Assembly: GCA_964234715.1 (NCBI GenBank)
Contig: OZ174291.1
Direction: 5' to 3' (one strand)
Source: Podarcis melisellensis
Lineage: Eukaryota
DNA: 64,000 nucleotides
In this document: positions 14,153-30,080 of the stretch, piece by piece
How positions within the stretch are numbered: position 1 is the stretch's first letter
Layout: the number at the start of each line of letters is the position of its first letter
Notes under the pieces: model-generated
What the model was told of the DNA's origin: nothing
Databases searched by the model: none
The model's input: the letters and a program-made list of their open reading frames with translations, nothing else
Translations under genes and position numbers: made by a program

Positions 14153-14719
14153 TTACCTTAGACTTGCAAAAAGCATTTCTTCACCTCATATGGAACCTAA
14201 AATCACTACAAAACTATCATTTCCTAAAGTGAGTAATTAAAAAAAAAACTGAAAGGAATCTTGTTGAAACTTACTCAGGAGTAAATTTACATGTCAAAAC
14301 TCCTTACACAGAACAAAGAGGGTTGGGTTTTTTCCTCAAAGAGGAAAAAAAATTAAAAAAAGGAAAGACCAGAGGGTCTTGGCTGATCTTATGGAAATGC
14401 AGTCTTTTAATGATCCTGTGACCAAATAATCCAATTCAAAACCTGACCAAATAGACAATTGCTGCACACAGAAGTTCTACTTTTGACAAACAATTTGTTT
14501 TTAGTGGAAGAGATACTCATTTTCCCTTTGTTCATACAGTAATAATACTTCTTAGGATTCCTTTGTATTCAAATGATATTGTGCCTGCTTTAATGTCCTT
14601 TACGAATAAATCTTTCAAGGGGGGGTGCTTGGATGCATGCATGTGTATGTACACAAATATGCATGGGGGGGAGTGCCAAACTGAGTCTAGGTGGCAGGAA
14701 GCCCAGTTTCAGCCCTGCT

Positions 14720-15238
14720 CAGGGGCGCCGACTTATAAAAAATATTGGGGGCGGGGGCCCATACCGACTTATAAAAAATATTGGGGGGGCCCAAGACCTC
14801 CAAACCGCTGCTGCTGGGGGAACGAAAGGGGCGAGAGCCGGGCTGCCCCGACCTTAAGTAAACCTGTGAGGGCCCGCCCTTTGCGGCAGCCGATTGGCTG
14901 CCGCCGTGGGCGGTGAATATTAATGAGCTAGGGGGAATCCCCGCTTCTCAGGGCTGACGCCAGCCCCCCCCCCCGGCGAGTTTGTTGATGGGTCGAGAGC
15001 CCGCAACCCCACCCCCTCTCTAGATCGGGAGTGGCTTTGTTTTAACTCATTACTGAATGTATTTTAAAAGGTAACTATCGTCAAACAAGGAAAATAAAAA
15101 ATACCAACATAATTTTGTGATTTTACAAAGCATAATATAACTAATAATTTTCTTAAATTATTGGGGGGGCAGAGCCCCCCCAAACGAATTTTTGAGGGGG
15201 CTTGGGCACCCTCAGGCCCCATGGAGTCGGCGCCTATG
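14720..15238. mobile_element. Non-autonomous hAT DNA transposon
   Basis: Termini CAGGGGCGCCGACTT and (reverse complement) CATAGGCGCCGACTC. Exact 8-bp target-site duplication GCCCTGCT at 14712-14719 and 15239-15246. Confidence 0.85.
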
Positions 15239-16666
15239 GCCCTGCTCCCTATTCCCTGCCAGAGCTGCAATCTCCAGATTGGTTTAACACTCAATCCCTT
15301 TTCCCAGGGAACTCTGGAAATTGTAGCTCTGTGGTGGAATAGAGTCTCCTAACACTCACAGCCCCCTTTAAAAACTGCAGCTCCCAGATTTTTGGAGGAA
15401 GCCATGACTGTTTAGTGTGGTGTGATGATGCTTCAAATACATAGTGAAGACGATTCTGGGGTAAAACAAACTTTGGCATTGACTCTTCACACATATATAA
15501 AAATAAAAGTTCCAAGAGGACAGGGGAGTGTTCAATCTACCTCAGAAAGTTTTTTCACGATTTCTCCCCTTCCCAAACAACACTTCACACCACAAGTGTC
15601 TTTATGGAAACTTCCCCAATGCTCTTCTTCTCTTTTGTTGCACACAGTCATTGCGCATTGCAACTACATAACATCTTCGGAGGGTATCATTCAGGTCAAC
15701 AACTGGTCCCCATCTGCCCTTAAACCTCTTGTAATTCTCAAGAGTAGGAGGAAGAATTGTCAGCTGACACCAGACAAGACTAAACAGTGTCCTGGAGTGC
15801 CTTGTATGTGGGTTTTCTTCCTCGGTGACCTGACACAGCAATTTAATTCTTACAGTTCTGCTGTGCAAGTTTGTTGGACCAACAACTGAAAAACACCCAG
15901 AGACAGAACACTTCCTGTTCCCAGAAAATGGAGGCAGCAGTAGAAAGAACAGAAGCATGACCTCTTTTTTTTTCAAATCTATCTTCAGCGCTATTTCTGC
16001 AAATGAGGACCCCAATTCTGCAGCAGAAAGTCAAGATTCTGAAAGTTTTGGATAATCATGTTTTTCCTAAGAGTTACTGCTTCCTGCTTCTTCCTGAATT
16101 AGCCAATGAGGGGTCATGAATGCTTTTGCAGAGTGGATAGATTTCCTTTGAGGAGATATTAACATGAGGGAGGCGTGAACAGAAGCTTAGTGAGAGGATG
16201 CTCACAAAGGAGGAAGCTTGCCCTCTGACCTGCATCAGATACCCATGCTAGCCCGCCCTCCCTCACAGCACAAGTGAAATCACAGCATTTGCTGCTTACC
16301 AGCCGAGAACCCCATGGGGATTTGAGGGCTGGTGCGCTGTGCTTTGCCTCTCTCTGCCTTGGCCCCAAATTGCAAATGCGCACACACACAAACTCCCACC
16401 TTTCAATCTATCAAACAGGAATAAATTACAACAGCCCTGCAAAGCACCTTATGATAGGCATTTTTGGCAGTCTGGATACTCTAATCAACAGCACAATACA
16501 AGTAGCTGTATAAATATAATTATCTAGCAAACAGGACATTCAAACTCACTATTAGTCATTCATACACAGGACAGTTACAGATAGGTAGCCGTGTTGGTCT
16601 GCCATAGTCAAAACAAAAAAAAATTCCTTCCAGTAGCACCTTAAAGACCAACTAAGTTAGTTCTTG

Positions 16667-16704
16667 GTATGAGCTTTCGTGTGCATGCACACTTCTTCAG
16701 ATAC
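16667..16704 (-). ncRNA. Minimal type I hammerhead ribozyme motif (sense to SCARB1 pre-mRNA)
   Basis: Exact reverse complement of the motif at 16725-16762. Confidence 0.75.
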
Positions 16705-16724
16705 ACTGAAGAATACACTGTACT

Positions 16725-16762
16725 GTATCTGAAGAAGTGTGCATGCACACGAAAGCTCATAC
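16725..16762 (+). ncRNA. Minimal type I hammerhead ribozyme motif
   Basis: GTAT-CTGAAGA-A-GTGTGCATGCACAC-GAAA-GC-TC-ATAC: stem I, CUGANGA core, stem II hairpin, GAAA and a palindromic AGCT mini stem III. Predicted cut after 16758. Confidence 0.75.
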
Positions 16763-17744
16763 CAAGAACTATACACAGGATAATAATTGTATCCTAGTCA
16801 GCAAGTATATGCTTTGTGCAGGGGCCTTTAAAAAGCAAATATACGAACACACATTCAACTGGCATACAACCCAATTAGTTTGCAACATTCTGCACCAGAT
16901 GAGATGCTCATTATAAATCTTCCTCCAGCATTTTGCTTCAACCCAATTTCTGGTAAAGGAATAAAGAGACACACACATGCACACATAGTCTCTTTTTCAC
17001 CTGGGCTGAACTGTGCTCTAGGTAAGGAACCCGTTCCACATCCCCTCTACTTGTTCAAATTTGCATCACCTTATTTTATCCTATTAATTTCAATGGTAGG
17101 TGGTGTTCCTAGCCTGATGCTGATTTGCATCCATGATTTATTGCTTCATGCACGATGCCCAAGCTGCATGCACAGAGCAGAGCAAAAATCACACAGACCC
17201 ACAATGCTACAGGGTGTGCCTTTCCCCCACAGTTAAAGGAACAATTACATGAGGTATGTGCCAGATATCCAGAGTGAAAAGGAACTGTCTATTCTATTTG
17301 GACGAGCTGCTGAGTTTAGAGTTGAGTGGATAGCCCATAGCAGGTGGGCCCCACAAGCCAGCCTCATTACTAAGGACATCACAGCTCAGTGTAGAGCATC
17401 TCCCTGGCATCTCCAGGCAAGGGAAGAAAACTCCTGCCTGAAACCTTGGAGAATAACCATCAGTCTGTGAAGGCAATGCTGAGCCAAATCCTGCCCTCAT
17501 CACACATCCCAAACAGAAATAAGCACCAGAATTTCTTAGATCTTGGAGAAAGGGCTTTAAGAGGAAGGTCTCGTAAGCAGTTCACTTCAAAGGCTATATT
17601 GCAAATACAGCTGAACTAGAGGTTATGCAAAATGTGCAGTTGAATAACTACATGCTTAAAAAGATAATACTACTAGGTGCCAAGGGGAATCAGTTTGCAC
17701 TGGGCCTGGAGCACATGAGGAAATGAGCTCAATTCCTTCCATCC

Positions 17745-18365
17745 TGTGACGGATCTGGGGGAAATTTCCCCTATTGAGGGTAACCTTTTTAAAACAGTTC
17801 TCTCAGATTAAGTGTCATGGACTGGCTGGATGCAGAGGAATGGTGGGAGGCACCAGCTGGGGAATGTCCAAGAGAAGGCGGCTCAGAGCCAAAGAATGGT
17901 GGTGGGATGACAATAAGTGGTCAGAGGGAGAAGAGAGAGCAGACTGGGAGTAGGTGGTGTTGGAAGCTGAAGAGGCAACGGGGGTTAGTGAGCAGGGGGA
18001 GTCTGTGGCAGAGAGCAGTCCAGCTGAAGCAGGAGAGGAGTGCGGGCAAGAGGCAGAGATGAGATAGGATGGTGAAGAAGCCAGGGGGTCTCCCCCTCCT
18101 GCTGTGACCAGCTCCCTTCCTCCCATTTGTCTCTCAGAACCAGAAGAGGTATGAAGAGGGATTGCTTGGGAAGGACCCAGGAAAGGAGATGATTTAGGTA
18201 GCTGTGGGAAGGCAGGGACCTTCAGTCTCCACAACTGCCTCATGGGGAAAGACCTCTCAGATTTGTTGTGCTCATTACACCTGGCATTCCTCAGCAGACC
18301 TTGTTTCTTCTAATAAAGAGTTAACTTCACTTACTCTGCGATTTATTGCTGGCTCGCTCCTGACA
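17745..18365 (+). mobile_element. Probable decayed solo LTR
   Basis: TGTGAC...TGACA termini, purine-rich body and AATAAA near 18312. No clear target-site duplication. Confidence 0.4.
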
Positions 18366-19089
18366 GAAAGAGATATGCTTGGTCTGCTTATAGAGTTCAC
18401 CACACCTCCTGAGCTGTGATCCGAACAGAAATCTCCCCCACAGACACAAACACCAAACCTTTGTGGGGAGGAGGCAGTCATTAGGAGCATTTTAAACAAA
18501 CATTTTAAGATTCAGTGTTGCAATCAGCCTTAACACACATGCATAGTCACTAACGTGCATTTAGGATAATTAACAATGCTGTCCCAATTTCCATTCAAAT
18601 GCGCAGGATGTATAAGATGGGGACAATTAACAGCCTCCTTCCCAGGACAGGTAAACAAGCCACCTCAGGTGCATGCTGGTCAGGCTCTCTTCCCTCTGCA
18701 GCCCCAACCCAGGCCAACTGGCAACTCTGTTTTGAAGGCAGAAGGAGCAAAAAAAACCACAAAAGCTGCCTTATACTGAACTGGACCATATGATCGTAGC
18801 AGCAGGAGAGTAGCTGGGTCAACTTCAAAGCAGGGAAAACTTTTGCTATGATCTTCCTGCTGTGCTACTGCTCCCCCCTGAAGGAGAGGAGAGGCGCTGG
18901 ACCATCCCTGGAGGTTGCTGGACCCACCAAGCACGGATTTGCAACAGCTGGCAAATCCAGACTTTCCAGACTTCTGGAAAGGGGAAATTGTTAGTTTGAT
19001 GTGAATGATTTTAGGACTGGGGGGAGGTTCTCCCCCCCCCCCCAGAGCGGCAAGTAAGATGTGAAGTCGCATTTTTAAAAAGCACCTCC

Positions 19090-19700
19090 AAGGAGCCCCC
19101 CCCCCGCCTGGAAGGGACCAGGTGCCCCTTCTGCCGGCGCCCCTTCTGCCGGCGCCGTGCCCGCCTCGCCCCTACCTTGACCACCTGCTCCTCCATGATG
19201 GCCGGCAGCGAGACCACCAGGAAGACCCCGAAGCCCAGGCAGAGCAGGCCGGCGATGGCCAGCCCCACGGCCGCGCGGAAGGCGGAGCAGCAGCGCGCCA
19301 TGGCGAGCGCAGAAGGAGCCGCGAAGACGCCGCGGCCGCCGCGCTAGCCCCCATTTACGCTCCCGGATTGAGGCCGGGCCCTCCCCGCGGGACCGCCCCG
19401 TCGCGCCCAGAAAGGCCGGCAAGGGCCGCCCTTCGGAGCCGGGCGGGGGAGGCGCCGACGCGGCGCTGGGAAGGGATCTCGTGGGCGGGCGGGCGGGCTG
19501 CCGGGGGGGGGGGACGCGCTTACTCGCGAGGAAACGTGCTGCGCGCACTTTCCGGCGAGTAAGTGCCCTGGGACGCAGCGGCGCTTCCTTCCGAGTAAAG
19601 CAGCACAGGGACGTGCCGTGTAAACACGTGGACGGATTGGTGGTAAACAGAGCAGGGAACAGGAGTTCGCTAGCTGCCTGCACGCCTCCAAGCCCAGTTT
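19090..19700 (-). promoter_or_regulatory. SCARB1 CpG-island promoter
   Basis: Very GC- and CpG-rich. GC boxes near 19441 and 19483-19497, E-box CACGTG at 19625-19630, CCAAT on the minus strand at 19636-19640. No clear TATA box. Confidence 0.8.
19176..19301 (-). CDS. SCARB1: SCARB1 coding exon 1 (start codon and N-terminal transmembrane helix)
   Basis: Strong Kozak context gccATGG. 42 codons MARCCSAFRAAVGLAIAGLLCLGFGVFLVVSLPAIMEEQVVK, then donor |gtaggg in phase 0 with exon 2. Confidence 0.95.
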
Positions 19701-20769
19701 TGACTTATCAAGCTCCTTAAGGGGAAGGAGCCTTCTTGGATAGCAAAGCCAACCTCCCCACCCCCTCCTGGTTTGGGTAGATTAGGGTAGCACACCCTCC
19801 CAACATTTCTACAATGAAAATAGGGAAACGTTGGACATTCCAGGATCAAATCAGAAACTGGGGTGGCTTTTTAAAATCTGGGACTGTCCCTGGTGAAAAG
19901 GGACACTTGGAGGGTCAGGTATTTGTCCAGTTTGTCGGCTGCCAAAACTTACTGCTGCCTTTATGAGGTGGCTGTTTTGTGTTTTTTTGGAGGAGCCCAT
20001 TACTACATTTATGTTTTTTAATATACCAGAAGCTGCTTGTAGGCTTCTAGGTAACAAGCAAACTTACAATTATTATTATTGTTGTTGTTATTATTATTAT
20101 TAAGTTCCTTAATAATAAACAGAGCAAGTTCCTTCAATGTTACTTTGGACTCTGAGGGCAGGGCACGGTGCACACAGCTGCTCCTGATTGCAGGCCCTTA
20201 GCACAGGTGTGGGGGAACCTTTGGCCCTCGGGGTGTTGCTAAACTACAACTCATCAGCCTCAGCAAGGCATGGCCAGTGGCCAGGGGTGATGGGAGTTGT
20301 AGTTCAGGACCATCTGAAAGGCCAAAGATTCCTCACACCTGGTTTAGAGATCAGCCCTCAACCCTGCAATAGAGCAGACTTCACTGGGCAGGGGACTACA
20401 ACTTCCTGCATGCTTGCTTTTAGAGCCAAAAACTGCCCATTGCCATTGCAGGGGGAGAGTAGCTGAGCCTTGAGAAGCTAAGACAGAGAGGTGTGGAAAA
20501 AGTGGGTATGAGAGCTATGGTTCCCCCCACCCTGAAAAAATTGGAAGACTGTATATGGAATGCATAAAACTGTTTACTATAGACAAGAGAGGAAGTATCT
20601 GTGCTAAGTGTGCATACATCTATACACAGGAACAGACATGCCCCATCAATTGCTGCATTCTGCAGAAGAGGGCCTCCTGTCAATACCTCTTCCATACTGG
20701 GCCACTAGGGCGCAAGCAACCTGCCCTTTGGAACTCTGTCCCATTACACATCTAGCAAGTATTGCCTCT

Positions 20770-22100
20770 GTTATCTTGTTAGTGCCAAACCCTTCCTGGA
20801 TTCAGAAAATCTAAGTAGCTAATGGCCAGTCTCCCCTTCTTGGGTAAGGTTCTGGAGCACTCTTGGAGGAAACTGAATTTCTAGATTCATTTCAATTGGT
20901 GTTTTGGCACAGAAACTGCTTTGATCACCTTGTATGATAACCTCTGTTGCAAAAGACAGCGAAAATGGGCCCCCGTTAATTCTCCTCAACCTCTCAGCTG
21001 CTTTCAGTACTGTTGACCATGGTCTCCTAATCAAGCAGCTGCCCAAGTTAAAGATGGATGGCACTGCATTGTGGGCCTACTTGGTCATTTCCAGAGAGTG
21101 ATGCTTAGTGAGTGCTCTTCAGCCCTGTGAAGCCTTCCATGTGGGGTTCCTCAGGATTGGATTTCGTCCCGTATGTCGCTTAGCACCAAACCACTGAGGG
21201 GGGTTATCCAGAGTTTTAGAGTACCTCGTCAGCAACACACACAATGAATATGCTGGACTGTTGTCTTGCCTGGATTGGATGAGACCCAAAAAACTGAAGC
21301 TCAATCAAGATAAGAATGAGGCACGCTAGTGGGTGGTTCCCTAGACTGCATGGATGGGAGGTTGCCTGTTCTTGATGTGGTTACACTCCCTCTGAAGGAG
21401 TGGGTACGCAGCTTACAAATTATTCTGGATCCTTTGTCGCTTGAGGCTCAGGCAGCCTCAGTGGCTCAGAGTTCCTTCCATCAGGGATAGCCTAACTTCT
21501 GTTGTCTATGCTCTGGTAACCTCTAGGTTAGCAAGCAGAGCTGCCTGTGAAGACAGTTCAGAAACTCCAGCTGGCGCAGAATTCAGCGGACAGTTGCTCA
21601 CGGGGGCAAAACGTTTTGAGCACATAACGCCAATCCTGGCCTGACTTCACCAGCTGCCAATTAGTTTCCAGGCCCAATCCAAAGTGCGGATTTTGAACTA
21701 TAAAGTCTTAACAGCTCAGGACAATACCTCGAGGACCACCTACAGTATCCCCATACAAGCCAACCTAGACCCTGTGATCATGCTGTGCAGCCCTCATTCG
21801 TGTGCCTCCTCCACAAAAGGTCTGGAAGGTGGCAATGCAAGAACGGGCCCTTCCTGCAGTAGATCTGTTTGTGGAATGAGCTCCCTGGGAAGGCTTGCTT
21901 GGCACCTTGGTTACATATCTTCAGTATCAAGTGAAAACATTTATCTGTAACCAAGCCTTTGGCTGATTTAAAATTCTGTGGCCTTTCAAATGTCTTTGTG
22001 GGAGGGGGATTGATTTGTTTTTATTTATTATGTATTTTGTATTCTCATTTTGTATTTTTATGTTGTGACATATGAAGGGCAGTATACATATTTAATAAAA
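20770..22100 (+). mobile_element. Decayed L2-type LINE (ORF2 remnants and 3' end)
   Basis: Frameshifted RT-like pieces (ctcaacctctcagctgctttcagtactgttgaccat, ggggttcctcagg, ctgaagctcaatcaagataag) and an AT-rich tail. Boundaries approximate. Confidence 0.7.
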
Positions 22101-22291
22101 TTTCAACAAGCCTTTTAATTGGCTATCCAAATGTTATCCTTATTACATTTGAAAATGTTATTACTTTTTTTTAGTACCGGTATATTTTAAATCACTTTAA
22201 AGGTATTTATAAATGGAATCAAATGAAGTGTTTCTAAATTTGGAGGGCTTTAGCTCTCGATCCTAGTCACAGGCCACAAAAGGCTTTAGAG

Positions 22292-22423
22292 CAGACATAG
22301 GCAAACTTGGCCCTCCAGATGTTTTGGGACTACAATTCCCATCATCCCTAGCTAACAAGGCCAGTGATCAGAGGTGATGGGAGTTGTAGCCTCAAAACAT
22401 TTGGAGCAGTTTGCCTATGCCTG
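22292..22423. mobile_element. Short palindromic hAT MITE (representative of a family with more than ten copies here)
   Basis: CAGACATAGGCAAACT ... AGTTTGCCTATGCCTG termini, 8-bp duplication CTTTAGAG/CTTTAGTG, internal actacaattcccatcatccc / gatgggagttgtag arms. Relatives near 5510, 9620, 10140, 20205, 43440, 44880, 45500, 46760, 50090, 52190, 59500 and 60735. Confidence 0.8.
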
Positions 22424-23241
22424 CTTTAGTGTTAAAACCAGCACCTTGAATTGAGCAACTGTAACACAGTGTTTGTAGAACTCCTAATATAATCAAGAGG
22501 GAATTGGCTTCCTTTACATCAGCTGAACTTTCTGGGTCATCTTAATGTAGCTTGCAAAGCTTGTAACATCTTGGTTACCTTTTATGATGTTCCAGGGGCT
22601 ATTATCACTTTTATCTCTTAAATGCAGTCTACCCTTGAGCCTGTTAAGCAACACATTATTTCACTGGTCCTTTTGATAGCACAAATTAACTTAGCTACCA
22701 CCATTACTGGTTAAGATTTCATTCACTTGACTGGCTACAATGTCTAAAGGTTTCAAGCTCACATGATACTAGGATTTAAATATAAAGCTTGAAAGAGCCT
22801 TATCACAGCCGTATTATCCATTGGTAGATTCATGGGAGATTTGCAGTAAAAAAGGGTTTAGCAGTAACTTTAAGCTGCTAAACTTTAGGTGGCCTCTGAC
22901 AAGTGACCTTGTGTTGCAAGCCAGAGGAATCAAGAACACAGGCCAGACAGTCAAGGATCCTCACATACCCATTACCTCACTCTTTTGGCACTTTCTGCAA
23001 GCTGTTGCTGCCATCTTTAGCAAGTCTCAAATATTGTGCGATTGGTGCATTAACTCCTCCACTGATTAGTGTTGTGCTTGGAATAGGACCAGGGATACCA
23101 GGGTTCAATTCCTCCCTCCACATAAAGCTCCCTGGGAGACATTGAACCAACCAGGATCCCCCTTTAAAGTATTTTTTCTGATTTTGTTGTTGTAAGCCAC
23201 TTTATATAATGTTTTAATGGAGCTGCACACCGTTGAATATA

Positions 23242-23568
23242 GGGACGCGGGTGGCGCTGTGGGTTAAACCAGAGCCTAGGGGTTGCCAATCAGGTCGGCG
23301 GTTCGAATCCCCGCGACAGGGTGAGCTCCGGTTGCTCTGTCCCTGCTCCTGCCAACCTAGTAGTTTGAAGCAAGTAGATAAATAGGTACCACTCGTGGGA
23401 AGGTAAACTGTTTCTGTGTGCTGCTCTGGTTTGCCAGAAGCGGCTTAGTCATGCTGGCCACATGACCCGGAAGCTGTATGCTGGCTCCCTCGGCCAATAA
23501 AGCGAGATGAGCACATCAACCCGTCGGCCACGACTGGACCTAATGGTCAGGGGTCCCCTTTACCTTTA
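23242..23568 (+). mobile_element. Sauria SINE
   Basis: gggacgcgggtggcgctgtgg head with B box ggttcgaatcc and an (ACCTTT)n tail. Imperfect duplication caccgttgaat/caccattgaat. Confidence 0.88.
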
Positions 23569-25182
23569 CACCATTGAATGTATGTTTACCACTTGTTAAA
23601 AGGTTTTATCTGCAGATTACTGTCAAACCGTATTAGAGCTCAACAGCCCACATTACCAAAGAGCTATTTTCCAGCACAGGAAAGAATTGGCCTGTGAGAT
23701 GTTAGCACCTAAACACACAGCGCCAAACGCAAGGCAAATGATTTTCATTGCTGTATTCAGTATTTCAGGCCAGGAACAAAATTTGGACTGCTCATGAGGT
23801 ATCAAATGTTGATGTCTGTGGTGCAGGAGATTCTGACCAAATTTCAGTAAGAACTTAAGATTGGATGGCCATCTGTCATTTATGATCTAGTTAGTTGAGA
23901 TTCCTGCATTGGACTAGAATGATCCTGGGATCCCTTCCAACTCTACAATTCTGACTGCAGCAAGAGCTCCTGGGTGGGACAACTGCAGGAAAACTCTACA
24001 ACGACCATAGGTAACTTACGATTTGTCAGAGTTCTGATAGCAAGACCTCTACTGCATCCTGACACTCCTATATGCTCAGTCAGGAAGCTGCAGAGTGTCA
24101 GTTATAATAAGTATATCCAGATATCCAAGAAAAATGATTTGAAAATAGTGTAACTTTAAGTGGTAAGCAAACTTGCTTTGGAAAGTTTCCCCCCTGCTAC
24201 CCAAGTGGCTTAGAGACTCCAAACCAATAAAAACTTGTCAACTTGAGAGCTTCTAACATTTCACCTGGTATTATTTCCAAGCCCAAAATGTCTTGCTTTG
24301 GATCATAAGGCACCATATTCAGCTTTCAGTTTCTGTACCTCCTTGGAGCCATTTTATAGAGTGCCCAGACAGGCATATGAACCAGCTTTCCTGGATTAGC
24401 TTACTTTACTGCACTAGTAAGGTCATAGAAGTTAGCTAAATGGATTAGAGACATATGTAGTGCACAGGTGACGAACAAGGGGATGAGAACCTACCAACTG
24501 GAATAAAAGATACTCCACTTTGAGCTAGTGCCTCAAGATTGCAATTTAAGGTACCATTCAGCTAAGTGAAGGAACCATTCAGCTAAGTGGAGGAAAAAAC
24601 CTATTGTGTCACTGCTGTTTATTAAATAGACTGAAATACAAGTTTGGGGCATTTCCCCAAAGGCCAGCTTTCAATTTACTTCCATTGAGGCAGGGTTAGA
24701 GTTGAACTAACCACAACTGTAATTTAACAAGCGAATAACTCCAATTGTTTCCCAGTTTACACCAGCTATTTGCAATCCCACCATAGGAGCCGATAGCTGT
24801 TAAGTGCCAAGAACCACTGCCTGCTTCAATAGCACTGAATCTCAAATTCAATTTAACGGTCAACAGTTCTCCACTTTGGCTGAAATAAAACCACTCCACA
24901 TAAGCAGTGCTCCTCTCGCCTTTCAGTCGTTAGTGAACTCTTAATGCTTGCATGTATGACTTCAGCAATGCAATCCCGTTTGCTGAGGCTGCCTTAGCTT
25001 CTGGCTTAAGGAAATTATGTAAGTTAAAGTTTGTTGACATGATACTCAATTATGCCCCCAGCCAAGTATTTGCCAGATATTGTTCAATGGAATATTCAGC
25101 ACAAACACCCCCCGAAACATACTGATGCTAAATCACCAACCACCTAAAATGATGAAACAAGTACATTTGGGAATGCAACAGC

Positions 25183-25188
25183 TTTAAT
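25183..25188 (-). terminator. UBC polyadenylation signal ATTAAA
   Basis: The 3' UTR reads ...ctgcactttgtttcATTAAAgctgttgcattccc, resembling the mammalian UBC 3' end as recalled. Cleavage expected near 25168. Confidence 0.75.
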
Positions 25189-25235
25189 GAAACAAAGTGC
25201 AGTGAGGTTTACTTGGGTGGTTGTAAGTAGCAAGT

Positions 25236-28720
<3,485 letters not shown>

Positions 28721-30080
28721 GGCAAAGAAAACAAGGTGTGAGGAAGAAGCTGAGGCAAAAACCCGGAGTGGGGTATTTTTCGCAAGCCTGGAATGGTTTG
28801 CACTCAATACTGTATATAATAATATTGTTCTTGTTATTACATATTTATTTATACCCTGCCTTTTCCCCTGACGGGACTCAAGGCAATGTACAGATTTAAA
28901 AAAACTGCCAAAAACAGAAAAATCAGTTCATTTAAAAAATTCACAATTAAACCCTGATAAAATTAAAACTATATACATAAACTTATGCCTGAATGTCAGT
29001 AGCACAAGAGTCTGATCACTTTTGGAGGGGCAAGGTTGGGCCAAATAATTCATCCCTCAGCCATGCCCCCACTAGGCCCATGGCCTCAGCCTAACCTTCC
29101 TTGGAGGTTTGTGGAGGAAAAAAGACACAGGAAAAAGACGGGCCTCTCCACCATCTCCCTCGTCCCTCAAGGAAAAGCGAGAGAGGAAGGAGGGAGTAGT
29201 TGAGGGGACATCTCTCTCTCCCCCCCCCCCTTCCAACGCAAAGTTCAAAATTCATTCCTTTCTCCAGTCACAGTTGTGAATAGAGGTTCACACGAATATC
29301 GCATTCTGCTGCACCTCCTCTCCCCCCAGGAAAACCATACAAATCTGGCTTCCACCATAAGCCAAGTGAAGGCCCTCATCCATCTGTCACTTGCTCCAGT
29401 GCTTTGCTTTCCCTCCTCCTTCCCAGTTCCTTTTTCCTTTCATGCAATGAGTGTTAGGCTACAACGAGAACAATACAACCAGCCATGTGAACTTTTCTTT
29501 GGCCAGCCCTCAATCCAATCAAACAGCTGTTGCTGGGACTACTGCTGATCCTTTTTTCAGAGATCATGGGGTTGAGATCATGTTTTTGAATTCTTCCCTT
29601 CTGTAAAATCTCCATGCCAACAAAAAACCAGCACAACTGTCTACTGAGTTGTGCTGAGTCCAGTACTCTTTCTCCTTCGGGATGACAAACAGCAAAATAT
29701 CATTATGCTCTTCTCCTGATTGTGGGCTTCCCATAGGTGACTTGGACCACTGAGGAAACAGTGTGCTAAACTAGATTGGCATTTGGTTTAAGCCACAGGG
29801 TTCTTCCTTATGTTTTTATGTCCCTGGCACCCTACATTTCTAGTTGCGGGAACAGGCATTCAAAAGCTAATTTTCCTGTTTGTAATTTGAGTGACAGAGA
29901 TAAGTTTCTCTCCCACTCTCAGGGCCAGCCGATGGAAGTTGAATGTTGGAGGAAGATTGAGGACAGAAACGCAGTGCACAGTTAAAACTACAGAAATTGA
30001 CTCCATAAGATGCAGCAATTGCCACCAACTTGGATGACTTTGCCAGAGGATTAGACGTATTAATGGAGGATAAGGCTATT

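Larger units (their letters stand above)
16572..16770. mobile_element. Short Penelope-like retroelement insertion with an inverted terminal segment
   Basis: 10-bp duplication ATACACAGGA at 16562-16571 and 16771-16780. Perfect 48-bp inverted repeat (16658-16705 / 16724-16771). Nearly identical to the element at 43033-43263. Confidence 0.85.

Noticed and set aside
19075-19720. Several long overlapping ORFs at the SCARB1 5' end
   Set aside because: Stop-poor CpG-island sequence. Only 19176-19301 has homology and splice support.
24553-24594. Short tandem duplication accattcagctaagtg(a/g)agga
   Set aside because: Two copies only; consistent with ordinary replication slippage.
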